Made by a program: the position numbers and the translations under genes
Part shown: positions 13,301 through 21,767 of the stretch, one piece after another
Position numbering within the stretch: position 1 is the first letter of the stretch
Layout: each line of letters starts with the position of its first letter
Notes under the pieces: generated by a model
Told to the model about the DNA's origin: nothing
Seen by the model: only the letters and a program-made list of their open reading frames with translations
The model's database searches: none
Source of the DNA: Lytechinus pictus
Taxonomy: Eukaryota
Assembly: GCF_037042905.1 (NCBI RefSeq)
Contig: NC_087245.1
Span: 28,894,001 to 28,958,000 of the forward strand
Direction of reading: 5' to 3'
DNA: 64,000 nucleotides

Positions 13301-16300
13301 TTTTGGTCTCTAGAAATTTGACAAGCCCCCCCCCCCCCCCAAGAGAGAAGGTTATTTTATTATTTACCACACCTACCATATTTCCAGGGCGTGCTGCTTA
13401 TGATGAATAATACTACACAGCATCTCTGCTTTCCAGGGCCATGTTAAAAACACAGTATAGGCATAATGCTCTTTGTCTTAAGCACATTTTTGAGTTACTT
13501 TCATCGTTCACTTTAACATGTTTAATAGAACTGCGAAAAAGTATCAGGGACTATACCTTCAAGATACCGGACAGTGATGACAAAGCAACGGCAAAAATTG
13601 GCTTGTATGGTGAGATGGGAGCAGGCAAATCTACTTTCATCAATTCCATCGAGTTTGCGTACAACGGTGAGAGAATTGAATTTTGAATAATTTTCTTTGA
13701 ATGCATCTTTGTTAAAAATGTAGATATGGTAGAACTGCAGATTTAGTATAACAAATTTATATTCTAGATGTTTGTTCGGATTATTTTGTTCTAAAAAAGA
13801 TCGGCTATTTATCAAATTGTCTATGACCCCATTTACACATACGAGTGAAGAAATATGTGAACGTACGTATGTGTAAACACACAAGCGGACTGATATGGTT
13901 GGCCATCGTGGTCATAATCCGCATTATACGTATCCATATAGTCCAGGATAGGCCCCATAACAAATTGACCAAACCTTGTTTTTTCATATATACAATATTT
14001 TTCTATGGTTTCTTGTCAATTTGAGGGTGCTGATTACGAATCTGAATGGTGCCACTCGTGTAATTTTGAGCATTTTCCGCAAATTGGCAAAATCCAATAT
14101 GGCCGCCAAAATATGCAAATTACCCATGAAAATCATAAAATTGCCCGCACATTGCTTATAAAATGTATGTATTTGTATTGCAGGAGTGAAATACTCTGTG
14201 AAAAAAAAAACGATTTTTGCCAAAAAAAGTATTTTCTAGATATTGAAAATGGCCGCCATAGACCCCTGTATTCTATACTATGTACAATATGAATGGGGAA
14301 AACTAAATTTCACAAAAGTGAGCACTAAATGCAAGTAATTGTGATTTCTTAGTGAAATAATGGGTGAAAACATGATTGCCAATGAAATGTATCATTTGTT
14401 ATGTCATGTATGTAATAAAATGAAGCATTTTAATATTCAAAAAGCCACCAAATGCCCTGACAGTATTATGTACAATGTTAATGGGGACAAGAGAAATCAC
14501 AAGAGTGAGTACTAAAATGCATATTACTAGTAAGATAAGCGAGTACTGGCTAAAGAACATAATTTTTAACGAAATATAAATGCAATTTATGTGATAAATG
14601 CTGTATTTGACATTCAAAATGGCCGCCATAGGCCCATTATATGTACACTTCGATTGGAGAAATTAATTTTCACAAGAGTAAGAACTATAAAATGCATGGA
14701 ATTGTGATCACCGAGTAAAATAATGTCTGAAAACATGTTTTCTAGCGAAACATATCATTTCTTGTGTCATGCATGAGATAAATGCTGCATTGTGAAATTC
14801 AAAATGGCCCCTATAGGCCCTAACAGTATTATCTACAATGTAAATTGGGACATGTAATTTTGTAAGAATTTGGATTTACTTGACTATGAAATCCATAAAA
14901 CCCTGTTGTATGATAAAACATTATTTGAAAACATGCTTTTTATGAAATTTACATTAAAAATAGCTGATGCAAGCCCTAACTAAATTATGTTACATGCGTA
15001 TAGGGAATCTACTTTTTACAAGAGTGGGAATCATAAAATGCATGTAACTGTGATGTATGAGTAAAAATATTGTCTTAAACATGATTTCTAAATAAATACA
15101 TCACATATTGGTCATGGAGGTGATAAATGCTGTACTTTGAAATTCAAAATGGCTGCCATAGGTCCTAAAAGTATTATGTACATTGTAATTTAGGACATAT
15201 AATTTTGACAGAATTTGGCTTTGCTTGACTATAAGTATTGCGATGTAAGAGTGAAATATTGTCTAAAACCATGGTTCCTAACGAGGTGTATGATATCTGG
15301 TGCATTTAAGGTGATAAATGCTGCATTCTGAAATGGAAAATGGCCGCCATTGGCCCTTATTGTATTATGTACAATTTGAATGAGGAAAGATAATTTTCAT
15401 TTTCTTTGAAGATTTGTTTTTTTCCGAGTTTTTGCACCATTCTTGCCAAATGAGGGCGCTGCTGACTCCAAATGGATATAGTTTTACCAATAAGCCAGTT
15501 CGTAGTTCCACTCTGCGCATGATCAGAAGATTCTGCGCATGATCAGAGGAAGATCATTTGTACTAAAGTGACATGGTGGTTTAAAATTTATTGAGATAAG
15601 CACCAACTTCGATGTCTTGATTATTCATATATTCTTTTGAATTGTGTTTTTCGTTCACATCCACAAAAAACAATGCGTCCACCATTGACTGGTATACTTC
15701 ACAGTTTGCCAAGTACATCGTACAACATCCGCTAATATGCATTCAAAGTAGAAATGCAACAAATACCTTCATAGAGTGTTTATTGATGTGCTATTCTCGT
15801 CTCCTGGTCTATTCAATTTCTTCATCTCGCTATGTAAGGCATGCATACGTAATATTTTGCTTTGAAATCTTAATGAAAGAAATGCAAGGTCATTTAACCA
15901 ATATTGCCCATGAAGTAACTACGAATTGGTCTATTAAAACACTTGTTCTTACTTTGGTATACACTTAGTTGTATATCTTGAAAATTTGATGAAGTTTGAT
16001 GCGGTATTCACTGAGTAAAGATGATTTAAACTCATTTGGTGAATTCGTGTGGCCTAAGAGAGGCATAATTCTCTTGATTGCGCGAAATTGCATATCATGC
16101 AAATACGGCGACTTTGAAGACCCGTAGAAACAAATAAGCACATGAACCTATATTATTTTTTGCATTTTTATAATGCACAGATACCAAAGTAACTCTCTGC
16201 AAAATTTGGTGAAAATGACATGGACTTCATTTTAACTGTGGAACGTCCTTAATCGGCTTTTTCATAGCGTGTAAACGCGATTAATTTGCATCGGCTCGCG

Positions 16301-19300
16301 GTTCAGAACCGGCAAATTTGCTCTACCAAAGTAGTAGGTTCAGAACCGCGAGCCGATGCAGAATCGGCTTTTTTACTACGTGTAAACAGAAAGCCGATTC
16401 TGCATCGGCAATTGGTGCGCATTTCATTTACTTTTTTGACAGGCGAGCCGATTCTGAACCGCGAGCTGTAACAGCGTGTAAGCCAACGAACGTAGAGAGC
16501 AGCAACACACAAAGCGTGTTGCTATTGCCGTGGAGGTGCCGTGGCCGAGTGGTCTAAGGCCTAGGTGCCGCGGCCTGGGATCGAACCCCGGACTTTCTAT
16601 ATAAAGCCAGGCGCCTTAGACCACTCGGCCACGGCACCTCCTCCTACTTCCTAATTTGTAACGACTTCAATTAACTAGTAAAGGCTCGCTTGGCAATCGG
16701 ATGTTTATTTTCACTTTTTTTTCCATAAAGGCTCGTTCACTACGTTGAATTGATATTGGATTTAGTATTATTTAAAGGTTTTTCAGTTTTTTACACTGGC
16801 AATCTTTTCACCAGATTGGACACCCAAAACCATGCACTCTCACAGGTCCTGGAAATAATAAACTCGCTTTGCTTGCTCACACATTGATATAAATCGGCCC
16901 TGAAACCCAACTGTAATGGTGCTTTTGTAGTAATTCACATTAAAATATTGACCGAGTAACATAGTTCAACACTAGCCTTTACCTGCACGTCAATTTGAAT
17001 ATAGCTGATTTACGCCAATGATGAGCATACGAATTTTACTCACAACTTCCGTATAAACTTCTTGATTGTAAAGGGCAACGAAGCCAGCCTACTAGGCGAA
17101 GAAGATATGCAGGTGGAGGTCATAGTATGATTCGAAGTTGCCTTCCTCTCACTGACTATATTAGTCTGTTCGACAATCGTGGCATGAGCGACTTTTCTCA
17201 CTCATACGTTGACAAGTATATGAAAGAAATAAGTAAGTACATGCTATTTACATTCGAAGCAGGGGCGGCGATCCAAGGGGGGGGGGTGGGGGCGGTTGCT
17301 CCTTCGCTTTTGAATTTCTCCAAAAAGTTTACGCGTACTGCCCCTCCCCTCCTCCAGCGAAAAATGTCTGCATACTGCCATGTTTAAGACAGTGCCCTTT
17401 TCGAAAGAAAGGGTGCACTTTTCCTTGTGCCCCCCCCCCACTTTCAACTTTGCCGCCCCTGATTCGAAGCTATTGGATAGCTACTGAATATTTTCCCACT
17501 GATGCTGGATCGTAAAAAGCGTGAGAATAAGATCTAGAATATAAAACAAAACAGAAATTAAAGGATAGTACAAAAAGAGTTTTCTTTTCTAAGGCTTTCG
17601 ATACAATAAATCATGTTATATCCTACCTAGAGTAAATCCTGTATAGTGATTGGTTCAAGTAGCATCATGTGACCTAATATATTTCAACTATGATGTTGCG
17701 TGACGTCAGACCTCGATATATTTTTGGATATATCGAGGTGTGACGTCATTATTTCGAAAAACTGGATATCTAGCTAAACTCTCGGGCGCACCGGCCAGCG
17801 CGCTCTCTCTCCCGGGCAAGTCCAGCGATGCGTCGGCGCAGGCACTAATCTGCGTTCCGCTGAGCGCGGTGGCTCGGAGAAAAGTAGGTAATACAACTCA
17901 AGTAACCGGACTTTGCAAGCTCAACACATATATTTTGGTTGTTAATTATCAAAAGTAGGATATAAAACAAATATACCAGGCGTTTCATTCGAAAGCATAG
18001 TGGGAATTATTAATCCTCGGTTGGACTGGCAAAACTACTATATTTCCCTCGGGGCTTCGCCCCTCGGAAAAAATAGTAATTGCCAGACCAACCTCGGATA
18101 AATAATTCCACTATACTTTCTCAAAGCCTGATATATTTGTTTAATATACTATTATACAATATTAATTATTAAATAATCAGGGGATAGTCTTGGAGTGGTT
18201 CCGGGAAATACCTCAACAAGGTAGCAGCATGTTCCATTTGCAGTGCATAATAACCAAACCAATTTCATGTGGAGTCTCACAAGGCTCAGTATTGCCTCCG
18301 CTACTTTTTCTTGTTTACGTATTATGGTTTTTGGAAATACTTTTTCTTTTTGCAGACGACTCAAATATATTCTTTACCCATAAGGACCCAAAACATTTAC
18401 TTCATACATTCAACCAAGAATTGACAGAGGTCTTGGAATGGATCAAAGCCAATAATAAAATTATCGCTCAATTTACCCCACCCCCCCCCCCGCAGTAATA
18501 GTAATATCATAGATTGGAAAGAACATGTTGATTATACTTCTAAAATAACTTCACGAAACATTATAACTATAAATAAGGATTAGTCTTATACAGGCCCGGT
18601 CTTACAAAGAGTTACAATATTGGTCCAATCAATCTCAACTGTATGGAAATCCACCCATACCATAATTTTTTCTACAGGAAATTTGCACAAATCTCCTTAG
18701 TAAACATGGTAAACAGAGAATCACACTGAATTTTCAAGAGAACAATGAATATACATCATACCTAGAAAATATTGTGAACAAATTTGCATTTTAGATGTTG
18801 ACGCTGCTGGCCATCCATAGTTGTGATTGATCAGATCAATCGCAACTCTTTGTAAGACGGGGTCCTTATCTTGAATCGTTTTGTTATGACATGCTCTTGT
18901 ATCGTTTTGTGTCTTGTTCTTGTAACGAAAATACACGATGTTGCTTAAACATTAATGGTATGTATGTCACAAACAGTGGATTTATTTTAGCTTTAACGAC
19001 GGGATGAATATTTTCTTTGATATGGGACACTATCGTCTCTTTTTGAAATAAAAGTTATTCTCTTTTTGATATCTAGGTGATGAAAAAGAAGCCGGAACAC
19101 AAACTCGTCTACTTGATGAAGAGATTCAATGCGTCGTATTTGTATACAGACATAGGTGAGATGGAGCATGACATGGCGGGGGGGGGGGGGGGGACCACCT
19201 CATCGGATTTCCAGCTACTTGAAAAGTTATACCTAATTACAATGCCTGTGAAAGAGGATTCTTTTGAATCACATTTTCCCCGATCGGCCGCTAAAAGCTG

Positions 19301-21076
19301 ATTTGTGTTGTTTTCCTTTGTTTTAGAGGGTACTCCGAATTGAAGTCTCAAGTTTTAAGTACATCTTAACGTTCATCTTACAAACAAGAAAAGGTTTTTC
19401 ACAAAATCTACAAATGATACGAGCGCGAAGCGCGAGCTCAAATTTTTTGGGATAATTCATGTATTTAAACCTGAAAATCGAATATTCTAACAAATTATGA
19501 TATAAAACACGACGCGTATTGATAGCTACTATGTGTAATCTTTTACAGTGGTGATAACACGAAGCAGGATGCTAAGAGGTTCCTAGATAAATTCGCAACA
19601 GAACTTCGCCGGTATTTTGGTAGGTACCAATAAAGGTGACACGACATTATACTCCTACATTTGCTCCGGTCTTAATATCTCAAAGGGGATTGGGATAGAG
19701 TTAGGATTGTAATATATTATTTTATTTAGAATGATAGATAAAGATTAGGGCAACGAACGTAAAGGGCAGCAACAAACTTCAGTGTGTTGCTGCCCTCTAC
19801 GTTCGTTTGATTAGGGTTTATTTAGTTTTGGAGGTCAGGTATTATGTTTGACTTGACATGCAGATTTTTACATCGGAGCAATTGTTGCCGGAGCAAATGT
19901 CATGGAACCATGCAGTTCGTAGAAAAAATCTGCGCATGTGCAGATTAATGTAATTTCCTCTGACATGACACTCGTAGATTACCCGACGTAGCAACATTGA
20001 ATTCATGAAGAATGGTACTGAAATCATCAAGCATCACTGATCATTGAACTGAAGTGGGTGGTAGGATAGCTACATTCTTGAAAGTTGCTTGCATAAATTG
20101 GAATGCCCTACATGACCAGTCTATAGTTCATTATGGTGCATTCCATGATAACCATATGGAGGTATTCATTTGTCCAATTGGAATCAAAAGCTATTTAATA
20201 ACAAAGCACCTTTTTTATTGTGATTTTCTGATCAAATTTCTCACCCCCACACAAAAAAGAGGATAAATTGAGCGATGCACCTCGTCATTGATATTCATTA
20301 GGTAGGCTAATGATGTCCCATCCCCACTTTCCTTTTTCTTATGTTATAAAATGAAATAATAAATGTTTTTTTCATTCATGTGTGTCTTCATTATGATGAA
20401 ATAAGTTGTGGCTATAAATAAATAATGCCCTTAATCAGTTGTCAATCCAGTTGTTTTATTTCTTGGTAGAAAATTTTTGAATAAACCTAATTTCATATAA
20501 TAAAATACAAAAGAATAAGTGGGGATATGACATCATCAGCCCACCTAATGAATATTCATAAATACATTCCTAGAACTGTTTTATCGGAATAATGCAAATC
20601 TTTAAAATTTAATAACTTCGTTATTTTTTATCCGATTTTGATCAAATTTTTAGCATTTTGCTTTGTGAATTTTACTCTATTTATTGAGATATAAATATTT
20701 CCAGCCTGGACCATCCCTTTAAAGTGATGCGTATTAAAAAATGTGTTGACAGTGATCTAACATACTGGCCTTAATCATTACGTACTAATACTTTCTTTAA
20801 TTTACAGGCTACTCTGCATTTGTTGTCGTGACCCATGCTGATAGCTTGTCGAAAGAAGCAAAGGCAGACCTAAAGGAAACATTCTCCCCGATTTGCGATA
20901 AGTTGTGGTTCCTTGAAAATTACACAGACGACATCGAAGATAAAGAGAAGAGTATCAGATTTTTGAAGTTTCTGAAAGCAGCTCTTCATCGCTGTGACGT
21001 TGCCATAGTAAACATTGAGAGGCGGAAGACACAAAGGAAGAAAAAGTGGTTTTGGCAAAGGTGGTTGGGTTGGTGA
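661..21076 (+). CDS. Spliced 8-exon gene: signal peptide-IgV-TM-IFI44-like P-loop GTPase (421 aa); exons 661-739, 8176-8523, 12371-12493, 13529-13666, 17074-17232, 19077-19155, 19549-19619, 20808-21076
   Basis: All introns are GT-AG. Intron phases 1,1,1,1,1,2,1 join without a frameshift or internal stop (79+348+123+138+159+79+71+269=1266 nt). Domain order is coherent for a type I membrane protein. Confidence 0.85.
960..1630. repeat. (GAT/GGT/GAC)n low-complexity trinucleotide region
   Basis: Visible microsatellite; it is the source of the spurious poly-Asp/poly-Met ORFs. Confidence 0.85.
1068..1502. mobile_element. hAT-type MITE with 8-bp TSD
   Basis: Imperfect TIR cagtggcgtacct...aggtacgctagtg; TSD gctgacga at 1060-1067 and 1503-1510; three internal poly-A-containing tandem units. 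Confidence 0.8.
2162..2209 (-). ncRNA. Minimal type I hammerhead ribozyme (degenerate) of the Penelope-like element
   Basis: Minus strand reads tcattgc-CTGACGA-agtctagcagcttgcagcc-GAAACGTC-acaatga. Core boxes are present, stem I is tcattg/caatga and stem II is imperfect. Confidence 0.65.
2272..4473 (-). CDS. Penelope-like reverse transcriptase + GIY-YIG endonuclease (true start is upstream, lost to frameshifts)
   Basis: RT motifs PRIYGLPKIHK..PLRPIVS, SFDVVSLFTNVP, GAAMGCPVS, RYVDD and IAFLD; endonuclease motif GVVYKIPC..C..VYIGETGR....RMKEH. Confidence 0.95.
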   Translation of the reverse strand: MKVRCSPRDFSVAPKRVPATEIVAKVESPIRSLDAETIGSVRREINAILSSAEPPKPNITPGMRKALKSLKEDESIMILPAEKGRASVILDTDVYRIKMSELIESGPYRAIGKDPTDRLSRKLSTILRGFHKNGDIDDSTYRKLRPSQKQPPRIYGLPKIHKADIPLRPIVSCVSSFAYNTSKYLADILAPLVGSNGHAVHNSASFVDFLRSETIQEHEDMVSFDVVSLFTNVPIDAACKVALTRLERDESLPERTQLSPAQVTELLSFVLQSTFFMFAGNFYEQQEGAAMGCPVSAVIANLFMEAFEERALIICPPDCAPRVWKRYVDDTFIITHRSAANDLLSHMNSQQPSIRFTMEMECNERIAFLDTMVHRDTSGRLYTTVYRKPTHTDQYIAYDSHHPKSVKRGVVKCLYDRASRIVTKPHCTATEKQHITSALISNGYPRSFVNRVAKKKSAPSEQPTQFKSAIVIPFVNGIAHLLRRRLEKHGIRVIFKSDSIRSQLVRPKDRPIPDRRDGVVYKIPCSTCDKVYIGETGRPVGERMKEHRRDVRLRRTDSSAVAEHAWDSDHPPNWDEVSCIANDKHWCTRRIKEAIQNRLHPSNINRDSGIEIPDEWLPTIRRHTASTVHSARRPHQRVPDTSADADWPAASASHSARCTLQRAPSTSADPDWPAASANHSAAHARVEPDNSVVGVGVVACACNPSYMGMLQIDAEVRALVFRMVTLKVGPRRK
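4687..7475. mobile_element. 2.8-kb foldback-type non-autonomous DNA transposon (Academ-like TAG...CTA ends, probable 3-bp TSD GTA)
   Basis: TIRs >300 bp (tagtccaggatag...ctatcctggacta); ~190-bp internal units flip orientation near 5960; flanks are gta (4684-4686) and gta (7476-7478). Confidence 0.85.
8176..8523 (+). CDS. Exon 2: immunoglobulin V-set domain
   Basis: Acceptor cttgcag and donor g|gtaag. Motifs VRLPC..., LYWSK, RFTL..FSLSISDLQVADEGRYLCQV..., LTVY give the canonical Ig Cys-Trp-Cys and DxGxYxC pattern. Confidence 0.92.
8677..9904. mobile_element. Tc1/mariner-type MITE with long TIRs and TA TSD
   Basis: ta|cagtgtgtcccacaaaaaacgaaaccgag ... ctcggtttcgttttttgtgggacgcactg|ta. Confidence 0.85.
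9082..9454 (+). mobile_element. TTAA-flanked (Kolobok/piggyBac-like) MITE, copy 1, nested in the Tc1-like MITE
   Basis: ttaa|aggtattg...caatcact|ttaa; near-identical copies at 33024-33400 and 41096-41473. Confidence 0.85.
10560..11800 (-). mobile_element. Decayed RTE-clade LINE fragment
   Basis: Minus-strand remnants KTGVRQGCFLSPFVF (~11420-11470) and IGKPRSAFITLKSI*TSSKI (~11060-11120), with many stops and frameshifts. Confidence 0.7.
11500..11608. mobile_element. Short PIF/Harbinger-like MITE
   Basis: TIR gggcccgtaacacaaaggttag ... ctaacctttgtgttacgggaccc. Confidence 0.65.
12371..12493 (+). CDS. Exon 3: transmembrane helix (YIIIFSVLGFFILIALVAIITVLC) followed by RGATTRTIK
   Basis: CT-rich tract plus aag acceptor; donor g|gtac; phase 1-1; 24-residue hydrophobic run followed by basic residues. 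Confidence 0.85.
13529..13666 (+). CDS. Exon 4: P-loop/G1 (ELRKSIRDY...KIGLYGEMGAGKSTFINSI)
   Basis: Acceptor tttaatag and donor g|gtgag. Walker A GxxGxGKS/T in a context resembling IFI44/IFI44L (IRxY...ILLxGPxGAGKSSFxNS). Confidence 0.9.
13939..15400 (+). mobile_element. Second, left-arm-only copy of the foldback element
   Basis: Begins tagtccaggataggccccata, aligns to the 4687/7475 TIRs and carries the same aaaatggccgcc units. Confidence 0.85.
16532..16641 (-). other. tRNA-like/SINE head with inverted duplication of its 5' end
   Basis: Minus strand has A box tggccgagtgg, B box ggttcgatcc and acceptor-like stem ggtgccg/cggcacc; perfect 29-bp IR at 16532-16560 and 16613-16641. Confidence 0.65.
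17074..17232 (+). CDS. Exon 5: GTPase G3 region (LTDYISLFDNRGM)
   Basis: Acceptor taaag (weak) and donor a|gtaagt; open in the expected phase; DxxG motif after a hydrophobic strand. Confidence 0.8.
17260..17461. mobile_element. hAT-type MITE with 8-bp TSD
   Basis: caggggcggc...gccgcccctg flanked by attcgaag on both sides. Confidence 0.8.
17585..18470 (+). mobile_element. Decayed Crack/L2-like LINE RT fragment interrupted by a hairpin element (~17617-18147)
   Basis: SKAFDTINH at ~17590; GVSQGSVLPPLLF and FADDSNIFF at 18270-18375. Confidence 0.7.
18593..18865. mobile_element. Harbinger-like MITE (related copies at 46525-46668 and 60118-60255)
   Basis: TIR gtcttacaaagagttac ... gcaactctttgtaagac. 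Confidence 0.65.
19077..19155 (+). CDS. Exon 6: DEEIQCVVFVY strand
   Basis: Acceptor tctttttgatatctag and donor ag|gtgag. Read in phase 1 (not the ORF-track frame), it resembles the IFI44-family D-x-IHCVxFV motif. Confidence 0.85.
19549..19619 (+). CDS. Exon 7: helix SGDNTKQDAKRFLDKFATELRRYFG
   Basis: Acceptor ttttacag and donor g|gtaggt; a phase 2-to-1 exon that exactly bridges exons 6 and 8. Confidence 0.8.
20808..21076 (+). CDS. Exon 8: G4-like THAD, LENY motif, C-terminal helix, basic/Trp tail, stop
   Basis: Acceptor ttctttaatttacag; reads GYSAFVVVTHADSL...WFLENY...FLKFLKAALHRCD...; TGA at 21074-21076. Confidence 0.88.
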
Positions 21077-21767
21077 GCATCGATGGATGATATGTCTCGA
21101 GAGAAAATCTGAAGCACGTAGGAAAAATGCTTTTAAGTACCAATGCGCAAATACGTGGTAAAATTTGTCCCATTTGCGTGGAATATGGCCACTGCAGTGA
21201 TGCGAATACACTTACCACATGCTACTTATACTAACAAGTGCGATCTGTAAACACATTTAATTCTTTTTCTGTTATATAATTTTATTAATGAAATTTATTG
21301 AAAAACAACATTATCAAGCCAAATTACCACCCCCCCTCCAAAAAGGTGAATTACAGCCATACATACTTAATTCTTTGTGAAACCATGGAGATAGTGTCGG
21401 TCTATCATTTCTTGGATGTCATGGATGTAATCAGAGGCTGTTCTTCACGCCATGTACATGTACATAAAAAAGGGGAAAAAAAGGAAAATAAGCAAAAGTG
21501 TATACATTTTCATTATGTAAAAAATAATGTTTTATATTGTACATAATCGGTGTTTGCATTAAAATAATGGTAGAGCTGACTTATTAGTATAAAAAACAAA
21601 AATGGTAAAACGTATGTTCGTCTTGTACTATATTTTAAATGTGTACATTATAGGTTTCGAAAGGGGAGTTAGCTCTGGGGAACCTTGATCTAAGGTACGC
21701 CTATATTTTCTTTCACAACACATACATTCACCCACCCTCCTACACACATATGTATGTGTAAATGTAT

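Noticed and set aside
16563..16638. Functional tRNA gene
   Set aside because: The anticodon arm does not pair properly; better explained as a SINE head or pseudo-tRNA.
19077..19301. ORF MMKKKPEHKL... from the track
   Set aside because: Wrong frame; the spliced exon 6 reads SDEKEAGTQTRLLDEEIQCVVFVYRH.
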